A DNA stretch of 64,000 nt from a virus. Lineage: Duplodnaviria; Caudoviricetes. The notes beneath the pieces were generated by a model. The model made no database searches. It worked only from the letters and a program-made list of their open reading frames with translations, and had not been told where the DNA came from. The stretch covers positions 64,001 through 128,000 of the IMG/VR virus record IMGVR_UViG_3300028591_000070; one strand, 5' to 3'. Positions 36,941 to 45,028 of this stretch are shown here, one piece after another (positions within the stretch are counted from its first letter, which is position 1; every line of letters starts with the position of its first letter). Made by a program: the position numbers and the translations under genes.

Positions 36941-37122
36941 TGAGAAAAACATTTCTTGCCACTAAAACAACATTGACTATTGCTTTTCTTATGGGTTTGC
37001 TTTTACTTATGGGAAAAGGATATGAAATGCATGTAATTCCTTTACCTACTATGGTAAGTGCATTTTTATATGTGGTTATTACTGTTGGTGCAATTTGGAA
37101 ATTGGTCACATCTGAACTTTAA
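36940..37122 (+). CDS. small membrane protein
   Basis: two TM helices; TAATG coupling. Confidence 0.65.
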   Translation: MRKTFLATKTTLTIAFLMGLLLLMGKGYEMHVIPLPTMVSAFLYVVITVGAIWKLVTSEL

Positions 37123-37153
37123 AAGTTAATATTTTAATCAAGGAGAAAAATCT

Positions 37154-37477
37154 ATGTTGGACGCAAAGAAAATTACGTTTAATAGTATTAAGCTTGTTAT
37201 TACTGAAATCGCTTATGGTTTGATTTTGACACTCATCAATGTTGGTAAGCAAGTTTTGAATACTGTTATTACTCAGTATGGTGCTACTTCAGAAATTCAG
37301 CGCCTTAAAGGTGAAACACCTTTAGCTGTTGTAGAAGTTTTGCAAAATCATACAAATTCACTTCATCTTGCCGCAAATGGTTTGATGCTTATTGTGATTA
37401 TACTTATGGCTTATTCAGCTTACAAGTATGTAAAAAATACTTATCTTGTAGAAAACTCACCTAGTGAGAAGAAATAA
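37154..37477 (+). CDS. membrane protein
   Basis: 107 aa, two hydrophobic segments, AAGGAG RBS. Confidence 0.75.
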   Translation: MLDAKKITFNSIKLVITEIAYGLILTLINVGKQVLNTVITQYGATSEIQRLKGETPLAVVEVLQNHTNSLHLAANGLMLIVIILMAYSAYKYVKNTYLVENSPSEKK

Positions 37478-37494
37478 AAATTAAGGAGATTTTA

Positions 37495-38604
37495 ATGAAA
37501 AAATCACTTTTTGGACTGTTTGCAATTATTGCAATGTGTTTTATGTCTACTTCTTGTTTGTTTATCAAACCTTATGATAAACCAGAGTATGTATCAATTG
37601 GAACAAATGAAACTGCATTCCTTATTGACCAGTTTGCTGATGACAACAAGGCGAATGGCCAGGTAAAAGTAAATGGTGATGCAAATTACCGTACAGTAAA
37701 CTCTAAGCTTGTAAAGATTGGTCACAAGTGGGTACAGACAGGTCGTCTTCCTGCTACAGGTCATTACATCGCTTCTGAAATTGTAATCGCTGTATCAAAC
37801 TCACCAGTTACAGGTACATGGGCTAATGATATTAAGGTTGAAACAAAAGGTTCTCAGGGATTTACAGTACCTATGAAATGGGGTATTCGTGTTAAGCCAG
37901 AAAATTCAGAACGTTTCTTGCGCAACTTCCCAGCTAATGTTCAGATTATGAGTGAAGATGGAAAGTCTAAGCTCTCTAAGAAAATGACATCAGTTAAGTC
38001 TGTAGCAGAAGACCAGTTTAAGACACAGGTTGCCGCTGAATTGTCTAAGGAATTCCATAAGTATGAATATAAAGATGTTCTTCCAGAGCGTGATGTTATT
38101 GTTCAGGCAGCTGTAGAACGTGTTACAGAATGGGCAACCGAACTTGGTATTACTATTGATAACTTGGCCGTATTTGAAGGTTTGATCCCAGATGATACTA
38201 CATTGCAGGATTCTTTGGATGAACAGGCTAAACTCGCTGCTCAGGTTGAAACTGAAAAGAAGAGATTTGATGCTGAAAAGCAGAAGAAACAGAATGAGAT
38301 TGAACTTCAGAAAATGGAGAAACTTCGTATTGAAGCTGAAACAGAAAATGCTAAGGCTGAAGCTTGTAAGACAGTAGAAACACAGAAGATTTTGGCTCAG
38401 ACATCTAATATCGAACTTGCTCGTAAGCAGCGTGAACAGGAAATTGCAAACCTTAAGTTGAAAGGTGAAGCAGAAGCTGAAGCTATTAAGATTCGTGCTA
38501 AGGCATTGGAAAATGTAAGCCTTCCAAAGGTTGTTACATCTAATGACCTCAAGGTACTTGGTCTTGATAGCCTTATTCGTGAAGCTACCGAAACAAGTCG
38601 CTAG
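37495..38604 (+). CDS. SPFH/band-7-like lipoprotein
   Basis: signal peptide with FMSTSC lipobox; ELGITIDNL segment; long A/E/K coiled coil ending KGEAEAEAIKIRAKAL. Confidence 0.7.
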   Translation: MKKSLFGLFAIIAMCFMSTSCLFIKPYDKPEYVSIGTNETAFLIDQFADDNKANGQVKVNGDANYRTVNSKLVKIGHKWVQTGRLPATGHYIASEIVIAVSNSPVTGTWANDIKVETKGSQGFTVPMKWGIRVKPENSERFLRNFPANVQIMSEDGKSKLSKKMTSVKSVAEDQFKTQVAAELSKEFHKYEYKDVLPERDVIVQAAVERVTEWATELGITIDNLAVFEGLIPDDTTLQDSLDEQAKLAAQVETEKKRFDAEKQKKQNEIELQKMEKLRIEAETENAKAEACKTVETQKILAQTSNIELARKQREQEIANLKLKGEAEAEAIKIRAKALENVSLPKVVTSNDLKVLGLDSLIREATETSR

Positions 38605-38625
38605 TTATCTTTTAAGATAATAAAT

Positions 38626-38651
38626 GAGGGAGCATTTAGCTCCCTCTTTTT
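38626..38651 (+). terminator. intrinsic terminator
   Basis: GAGGGAGC-ATTTA-GCTCCCTC-TTTTT. Confidence 0.85.
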
Positions 38652-38662
38652 GGAATTAAACT

Positions 38663-38950
38663 ATGAAAGAAAAAACTAAAATTATTTGGCTTATTATCGC
38701 AGGACTTATATGTGGTACTATTTTGTGGGTATTTACATCTAGTCTTAAAAGAGATGATAGTCCGATAATGGAAGGTACTTCAATTGAAGAGTATGAACAG
38801 CAAATGTTCGAAGAAATTCCTGAAGAAAAAGAACCTCCTAAAAAAGAAGAAAGTCCAATAGACTTTAATAATTATAAGCCTATTCGGATAATTGTTTATC
38901 AACATGGTTCAGTTTGTATAGATCAATTTGGTCAGGTATTTATTAAATGA
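38663..38950 (+). CDS. membrane-anchored hypothetical protein
   Basis: N-terminal TM helix. Confidence 0.7.
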   Translation: MKEKTKIIWLIIAGLICGTILWVFTSSLKRDDSPIMEGTSIEEYEQQMFEEIPEEKEPPKKEESPIDFNNYKPIRIIVYQHGSVCIDQFGQVFIK

Positions 38951-39636
38951 GAATTAATACAAAAACTAAAAATAAAATTATTTTAGGCATTATTATTGCT
39001 ATTTTACTTATAAGCCTTGGTGCTTGGTTTAATGATTTTATAACTCGAGAAAAAGAAATTAAAAATAGTCCAGTCTTTTATGATGGACAACCTTATATAG
39101 ATGAGTCATATGCTATCGCTGAAGATACAGCTATTAAAGAAAATCGAATACCAGAAAAAACAGCTGTTGCTGATTCATACAACTTTAGTTTAAATTCTGG
39201 CGAGTCTAAAACTGTTAAAAGTGGAAATACAACTATATCAGTAACTTATGGCGATAAGAAAAAAACAAATTACTTAATGTCTATTAATGGGATTAAGGTT
39301 GATAAAAATGGTGAGTTTGATATTGCTATTGATGGAATACAATATCATATTAGAGGTATTTCTTTAAAATGCCCTAATCCAGATTGTCGAAGACATACAT
39401 TTTGTTGGGACTGTAATTTTCAATTTACTGAAGATGAAAAGTTGCATGCTGAATGTAATAAGTGTCACGCTTTATATAAATATGAAAATTCTATAGATGA
39501 TTTCTTCTTTAATTGTCCAGAATGTGGTGATAGCAATTGTACTACATTTAAGTCTTGTAATTATTGCAGAAACTGTGGAAGAAATCTTGCAGAAGATAAA
39601 GAAAGATTATTAAATTATTCATGGGAGAGTAGATAA
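38947..39636 (+). CDS. membrane-anchored protein with multiple Zn-ribbon CxxC motifs
   Basis: N-terminal TM; CPNPDC, CWDC, CNKC, CPEC, CNYCRNC. Confidence 0.75.
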   Translation: MRINTKTKNKIILGIIIAILLISLGAWFNDFITREKEIKNSPVFYDGQPYIDESYAIAEDTAIKENRIPEKTAVADSYNFSLNSGESKTVKSGNTTISVTYGDKKKTNYLMSINGIKVDKNGEFDIAIDGIQYHIRGISLKCPNPDCRRHTFCWDCNFQFTEDEKLHAECNKCHALYKYENSIDDFFFNCPECGDSNCTTFKSCNYCRNCGRNLAEDKERLLNYSWESR

Positions 39637-39902
39637 TGCTTGCTATTATTTTATGGGTTGTTAGTTTAATCATTTGGATTATAAACTTAATTGTAAAAAT
39701 ACGACTTCCTATGAAAAATGCAACAGAAAATGGTTTTCATATCTTAATAGCAGTTTTGTTTATTATACTATCAGTAGTTAATATAGTAGGAAGAGTTATA
39801 AGCTTAAATAGTGATGCTTCTCCTGAGACTATATCTGAAACAACAGAGGCTCCTATAGAAGAACAAAGAGAAGAGCTCTATTATATAGAGGAATCATATT
39901 AA
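39636..39902 (+). CDS. small membrane protein
   Basis: two TM helices. Confidence 0.7.
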   Translation: MLAIILWVVSLIIWIINLIVKIRLPMKNATENGFHILIAVLFIILSVVNIVGRVISLNSDASPETISETTEAPIEEQREELYYIEESY

Positions 39903-40675
39903 TGCATGAACTTTTAAAAAAGGCAGTAAATACTGAAGGCTTCATTAAACCTGAAGATTTGGCCATTCATTTGGGATTTTTAGAAGAAATAAAAAAATTA
40001 TATGGCGTTCAAAATACTTTTGAAATAGGCTTTTATAAAGGAAGATCTTCTATAATTCCTAGAGCTTTTGGCATAAATCATTATGCAATTGATTATACGG
40101 TTCCTGTAAATAATGAGCCAGGATTAACGATTTTTTATGAAGACTCAAACTTCTTAAAAGAAGATTTATCATTTCTGTTTGGTCAGGTTGACTTTATGAT
40201 CATAGATGGTGACCATTCTTACCAATCTACTAAAAATGATTTACAAATAGCAGCTAAGCTTTTATCGCAGAATGGTATTCTTGTGGTAGATGATACCAAC
40301 TTTAAATTACCAGGTGTTAATGAAGCTCTTTCAGATTTTTTGAAAAATAATAAAGATTTTTGTATTATCTGTAAAGATGATTCAGAAACTTTTTTGTGTA
40401 GATCCAGAGTATGGGAAGTTTATTATAAGTTCGCACTTCTAGAATTACCTTCATTGATGTCTAAATATTTAGACGATTTAAATTTAAAAGTTTTAAGTGG
40501 TGATTCTTTTGAAGCTAGTAGCTTTATAAGTCATCCTTATTTGATATTCGAATTTTTAGATTTTAAAGGTGACATGCGAGTAGAATATCTAGGTAAAAAA
40601 GATTATTATGATAATCCTAATACTTTTGTTTTATTAGAACGAAAAAATTTATCTTATTTAAATATTAAGGAGTAA
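39902..40675 (+). CDS. class I SAM-dependent methyltransferase (Methyltransf_24-like)
   Basis: FEIGFYKGRS, IDGDHSY, GILVVDD. Confidence 0.85.
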   Translation: MHELLKKAVNTEGFIKPEDLAIHLGFLEEIKKLYGVQNTFEIGFYKGRSSIIPRAFGINHYAIDYTVPVNNEPGLTIFYEDSNFLKEDLSFLFGQVDFMIIDGDHSYQSTKNDLQIAAKLLSQNGILVVDDTNFKLPGVNEALSDFLKNNKDFCIICKDDSETFLCRSRVWEVYYKFALLELPSLMSKYLDDLNLKVLSGDSFEASSFISHPYLIFEFLDFKGDMRVEYLGKKDYYDNPNTFVLLERKNLSYLNIKE

Positions 40676-40679
40676 AAAT

Positions 40680-41867
40680 ATGGCATTTTTAAACATCGAT
40701 GGTGAGTACTATTGGATGGATGGAGATGGAATCTCTGTCGATAAAGTCATCAAAAAGAAGATTTGGAAAATGGTCCCAACTAAAATGGGTCCAAAACTTG
40801 CGCCATTAGATGATTTTAAACTTTCTCATGGAAAAATTTATGGTAATTCTCAGGCTAGAGCCAATCATATTGTTGAAGCATTTAGAAAAAATGATGCTGA
40901 CCACAACTTAGGTGTATTACTCTCTGGTGGAAGAGGTCTTGGTAAAACCCTTACAACAAGATTAGTTATTGAACAGCTCAAAGATGATTATCCAGTTGTA
41001 GTCATTTCTGAATATATGGGTGGAATGGCCGACTTCCTTTCTCATCTTAAAAATACAGTTATTCTTATGGATGAATTTGAGAAGTTTATGAGTGGTAATA
41101 TCAAAGGTGATGATAATTCCAATGAACAGACTAAGCAAGAGTCAATTCTCTCTGTATTAGATGGAAATACTGGAAGTGCTGGAAACCTTTATCTTTTAAC
41201 TGTAAATAACACTTATAAGTTGGATGAAAATTTAATTTCTCGTCCAGGCCGCATTCGTTATCATTACACTTATGAGAGTGAAGACGCATCAGTTGTAAGA
41301 GCTTATTGTAAGGATAACCTTAATGACCAGTCAAAGATTGAAGAGGTTGTTAATGTTTTAGGCTCTACAAAATATGTTTCAATGGATATTATTTCTTCAT
41401 TTGTTGATGAACTTAATAAGTTCCCTGAATTAAGTCCAACAGATGTTAGAGAATATTTCAATTTGGATGTATCTACTTCAAAATTAAAGTACTCAGTTCT
41501 CATGAGAACTCCAGATGGAAACTTTACTTATTCTACTACTTACTCTGGCAGTCCAGACGAAATCTGGTTGCATATGAATAACTCAGATTATAAGAAGTTG
41601 CTTAAGTCTAAAGGTCTTAAAGAAGAAGATGATGAATCTGATGACTTAGATTATATGTCTGCCATTAACATTACGATTGAAGATATGCCACCAATTTATG
41701 GTGTTCATAAACTTCTTCCTGATGAGCTTACTATAAATTATTTGGCATTCGCGTTAGGTCCAAACCAGTCTTTTGATGACTCTGATGGATATGAAATTCT
41801 TTCTGCAACAATTACAGACCCAGAGTTTGCTTCTTATACTAAGAAATATAATAAAGGCGCATTCTAA
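40680..41867 (+). CDS. AAA+ ATPase
   Basis: GVLLSGGRGLGKT, ILMDEFEK, LSVLDG, SRPGRI. Confidence 0.9.
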   Translation: MAFLNIDGEYYWMDGDGISVDKVIKKKIWKMVPTKMGPKLAPLDDFKLSHGKIYGNSQARANHIVEAFRKNDADHNLGVLLSGGRGLGKTLTTRLVIEQLKDDYPVVVISEYMGGMADFLSHLKNTVILMDEFEKFMSGNIKGDDNSNEQTKQESILSVLDGNTGSAGNLYLLTVNNTYKLDENLISRPGRIRYHYTYESEDASVVRAYCKDNLNDQSKIEEVVNVLGSTKYVSMDIISSFVDELNKFPELSPTDVREYFNLDVSTSKLKYSVLMRTPDGNFTYSTTYSGSPDEIWLHMNNSDYKKLLKSKGLKEEDDESDDLDYMSAINITIEDMPPIYGVHKLLPDELTINYLAFALGPNQSFDDSDGYEILSATITDPEFASYTKKYNKGAF

Positions 41868-41868
41868 T

Positions 41869-41916
41869 TTGTAAAATCTCTTATATGGGAGTATATTCTA
41901 TATAAGAGGTATTTTT
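41869..41916 (+). promoter_or_regulatory. sigma70-type promoter plus RBS
   Basis: TTGTAA-N17-TATATT-CTATATAAGAGGT. Confidence 0.75.
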
Positions 41917-42183
41917 ATGGATTGGGGTAAAATCGCAATTGCAAATGCAATAAATCCTGGTTTGGGTGTGATAGAATATGAAAAGCAGCAAAGAAAAGCA
42001 CAGAAGTTTAATGAAATTGAATTTAAACTTCGTACAATGAAAGTAGGTGCTACTTTGGATGTTGAAAGATATACTATCAAAAAGCAGGGTCAATATAATT
42101 ATGACCTTATGGTTTATAACAGCATCGTTCGTCAGTTTACATCTTATTTAATGCTTGTTGAATACTTAAAGCACATGATTTGA
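41917..42183 (+). CDS. hypothetical protein
   Basis: 88 aa after promoter. Confidence 0.75.
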   Translation: MDWGKIAIANAINPGLGVIEYEKQQRKAQKFNEIEFKLRTMKVGATLDVERYTIKKQGQYNYDLMVYNSIVRQFTSYLMLVEYLKHMI

Positions 42184-42226
42184 ATTTAATTTTAATTTAT
42201 GGTATAATCTAAATAAGAGGTAATAT
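42180..42226 (+). promoter_or_regulatory. sigma70-type promoter plus RBS
   Basis: TTGAAT-N17-TATAAT-CTAAATAAGAGGT. Confidence 0.8.
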
Positions 42227-42499
42227 ATGGCAACAAAAACTTATTCAAATGTACGTAGAAATGGAAGATCAGCATCTTGGGTTCGCGTTCTTAAGGCACT
42301 TAATTTGAGTGATACTCCACTCGCAGCAAAAGAAATTCTTGAAACTGCAGCAACAACAAATAGTGGTGTTATCCGCAAGTTGCACAATGATAATCTCATT
42401 TCACGTAAAAAGATTGGACCCCACAATAAAATGGGTTACACTCTTTCTTATAAAGGTTTGAAAGCTTTGAATGAAGCTGAAAAAGCTCTTCGAAAGTAA
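42227..42499 (+). CDS. winged helix-turn-helix DNA-binding protein
   Basis: basic; VLKAL...LAAKEI...IRKLHNDNLISR...YTLSYKG pattern. Confidence 0.65.
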   Translation: MATKTYSNVRRNGRSASWVRVLKALNLSDTPLAAKEILETAATTNSGVIRKLHNDNLISRKKIGPHNKMGYTLSYKGLKALNEAEKALRK

Positions 42500-42521
42500 T
42501 TTCATAGTTTTACTTCCTACT

Positions 42522-42546
42522 AAGCTCCCAGAAATGGGAGCTTTTT
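42522..42546 (+). terminator. intrinsic terminator
   Basis: AAGCTCCCA-GAAA-TGGGAGCTT-TTT. Confidence 0.85.
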
Positions 42547-42593
42547 GAATTTTAAATAAATATGTGGTATATTCTAAATAAGAGGTAAATATT
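42545..42593 (+). promoter_or_regulatory. sigma70-type promoter plus RBS
   Basis: TTGAAT-N17-TATATT-CTAAATAAGAGGTAAATATT-ATG. Confidence 0.8.
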
Positions 42594-42971
42594 ATGAAGA
42601 AATTTATTTGTTTATTCCTTTTTTCCCTTCTGTCATCAGGCCTCTTTGCTAAAGATTTTATTATATGTGATGATTACTCAGACAGTCATCGAACAGTGTA
42701 TCTAACACAAGTAAAAAATGATGACCAATATAGCGTAATGGTTTTTGAAAATGAAAATTATTGTCCTCAGTATATAATATCTTTTAAATCCCAGACTAAA
42801 AATTATGAAGCTTATAAAAAAGCTAAAGACTGTTTTGAAAATATTGAGGTTTTTATAGAAGAACATAATTTTGAACAAGGAAGAATTTCTAATTCAAATA
42901 TTTATTCTAAAACATCCAAAATTAAAATAGATAATGGCCGCCCACTTATGTATAATGACTTCCAAAAGTAA
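42594..42971 (+). CDS. secreted hypothetical protein
   Basis: MKKFICLFLFSLLSSGLFA signal peptide. Confidence 0.8.
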   Translation: MKKFICLFLFSLLSSGLFAKDFIICDDYSDSHRTVYLTQVKNDDQYSVMVFENENYCPQYIISFKSQTKNYEAYKKAKDCFENIEVFIEEHNFEQGRISNSNIYSKTSKIKIDNGRPLMYNDFQK

Positions 42972-42980
42972 TTCTCATTA

Positions 42981-42992
42981 ACTAATTACTTT
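42981..42992 (+). promoter_or_regulatory. ACTAATT-type element
   Basis: ACTAATTACTTT directly before ATG. Confidence 0.7.
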
Positions 42993-43832
42993 ATGGACTA
43001 TGATTTTCTCTATCCTCAAGGTGGTGGCGAAAAACAATCAAATAATAAAGCAATAGATAACATTCTCAGATCAGGAGCTGACTTTATTGGAAACCAGTTC
43101 CAGGCTATGTTTTATTGGTTTGATGAAGGTGGCAAAATAGAGAATGTATTTTACCAACATTTTAATACAAACCTCAGTTCAACATTAGTTTATGATAAAT
43201 CTAATTCTCATTTTGATCCAGAAAATCCAAAATTAAATAGTGTAGACGGCGATTTAGACTATGATAATAAATATAAGCAAGCTATTTTATCAAAAGAAGG
43301 ATTTTTAGTTCGCTTTTTAAATATTAAAATGCCTACAATAAAACAAGAAACTTATACTATTAAAGTAGGCATGCAGACAATAGAAAAAGTTAGAACTACA
43401 AAGGCAATAACTCCTCAAGCTTCTTTTTCATTTAGATTAGATGCAAACTTAGAGTGGCTAGACTTTTTTAATAAAGCTTCTGGAAATTATAATACCGTAT
43501 CTCAGAATAGTGATGATTTAAATGATTGGAGAAAAAATATTAGTCAGGTAACAAAATGTTTTGTCCCTTCCAATATAACGTCAAATCATCGATTATGCTT
43601 ATTTGTAAATGCAAGTTGTTTTGATTATACAATTCAAAAATACAAAAATGTAGAAGACTATAAAAATCTTATTCCTTTCTCATATGTTTTTCAAGATGTT
43701 AGATTTTTAGGACCTGGAAATATTACATATGAATCTAATGGTGGTGGAACTCAAGAGATTACTGTAGATTTTATTTATAAACGCTTGAGAAAAATTAGAA
43801 ACTTAGAAGGCGGAGTTATTGAGGTAATATAA
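42993..43832 (+). CDS. putative tail tube-like/tube initiator protein
   Basis: shares GADF, F.DV.FLG and QE.T.DFI.KRL with the next gene; pattern typical of gp19/gp54-like folds. Confidence 0.55.
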   Translation: MDYDFLYPQGGGEKQSNNKAIDNILRSGADFIGNQFQAMFYWFDEGGKIENVFYQHFNTNLSSTLVYDKSNSHFDPENPKLNSVDGDLDYDNKYKQAILSKEGFLVRFLNIKMPTIKQETYTIKVGMQTIEKVRTTKAITPQASFSFRLDANLEWLDFFNKASGNYNTVSQNSDDLNDWRKNISQVTKCFVPSNITSNHRLCLFVNASCFDYTIQKYKNVEDYKNLIPFSYVFQDVRFLGPGNITYESNGGGTQEITVDFIYKRLRKIRNLEGGVIEVI

Positions 43833-44881
43833 TGGAATTAAATGACTATAACCTTAAACCATATAAAAATCTCAATCCTTATCTAGATGATACTACTGAA
43901 AGAACTGTTTATGAGCCTATAAATAGTGGTGAATTAGCTCTTTCTGGTAATGAGATTGACAATATTATTGGTGATGAGCTTGCAAAAGGATATGATAAGG
44001 ATGTTCATTATTTAAACTTTGCAAAACAAATCTTAGTTACTGGTGCTGATTTTGCTAAAAACTTTTTTGATACATTTCTATTTGCTATAAAATCAAATGG
44101 AAAGTCAACAACACAAGATGATGCTTTTAATGATTTGGCACAACAATCAAAGGATAATGAAGAAAAATTACCAAATTTATGGCGAACTGTAGGTATGTAT
44201 TCATTTACTACAAGAACAACTAGAGTTGAAATACCTCAACCTAAAGCTCAAACATTTGATTATACTGTTGGCCAATATGTTATTAGAAAAATAAAATCAG
44301 AATGGGATATGCCTAAAAAGTCATCACTTACTATGAGAATAGATGGGTTGGCTTACTATATAGATGCAATCAATTTATTGTCTCAGAATAGTGATAATGC
44401 TGTATTAAATGATAAAGGAATCGACCATTTAAGTTTTATGGGATTTAATAAACATATTGCAGAAGACCTTAAAAATGGAACTCGACTAGACTTAGTCGTA
44501 AGACATACAAATCCTAATGACGAGGGTCTTAAGAATAGTTGGTTAAAAAATGCAGAAAGAGCAGTGTATAGAGAGTCTGCAACACCAGATAGTCAAATTG
44601 GTATGGCTAATATTAGACCAGATAATGCTCGCTCTATGTTTTGGGTTTTTGAAGATGTTAAGTTTTTAGGATGGAATGATGGCCTTGAATTTGGCCATAC
44701 TTCAACTGGAAGTCAAGAACTAACAACTGATTTTATTTTCAAACGCTTGATAAGAGTAGATCCTATGTATTTAGAAAATTATATAGGTGGAACTGCTGGA
44801 AAAGCATTTGAATTGACTGATATTAAGGACTCTGCAATTTCATCTGAATTAAAAACTAAATCTAATTTCTCAAAAGTCTAG
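43832..44881 (+). CDS. putative tail tube-like/tube initiator protein (paralogue)
   Basis: ILVTGADF...WVFEDVKFLG...QELTTDFIFKRL. Confidence 0.55.
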   Translation: MELNDYNLKPYKNLNPYLDDTTERTVYEPINSGELALSGNEIDNIIGDELAKGYDKDVHYLNFAKQILVTGADFAKNFFDTFLFAIKSNGKSTTQDDAFNDLAQQSKDNEEKLPNLWRTVGMYSFTTRTTRVEIPQPKAQTFDYTVGQYVIRKIKSEWDMPKKSSLTMRIDGLAYYIDAINLLSQNSDNAVLNDKGIDHLSFMGFNKHIAEDLKNGTRLDLVVRHTNPNDEGLKNSWLKNAERAVYRESATPDSQIGMANIRPDNARSMFWVFEDVKFLGWNDGLEFGHTSTGSQELTTDFIFKRLIRVDPMYLENYIGGTAGKAFELTDIKDSAISSELKTKSNFSKV

Positions 44882-44971
44882 AAACTGGTCACTGTTAAAT
44901 TATATTTAAAGATGACCATTTTCACGACTTTTCGTCGCTCAAATAGTAGACCGGGACACCGCCCTTCGGTC
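44872..44971. repeat. structured non-coding repeat, copy 2 (inverted relative to copy 1)
   Basis: 61-bp imperfect palindrome 44872-44932 plus GACC...CACCGCC...GGTC hairpin 44949-44971. Confidence 0.9.
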
Positions 44972-45016
44972 TCATACTGACTGGATATAAATAAAAAAGA
45001 GCATATATTACTTTCT

Positions 45017-45028
45017 ACTAATTACTAT
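45017..45028 (+). promoter_or_regulatory. ACTAATT-type element
   Basis: ACTAATTACTAT directly before ATG. Confidence 0.7.

Noticed and set aside
40680-41867. This AAA ATPase as the partner of the split intein fragment
   Set aside because: It is complete, has its own intact GKT Walker A, and shows no intein C-terminal HN-[ST] motif
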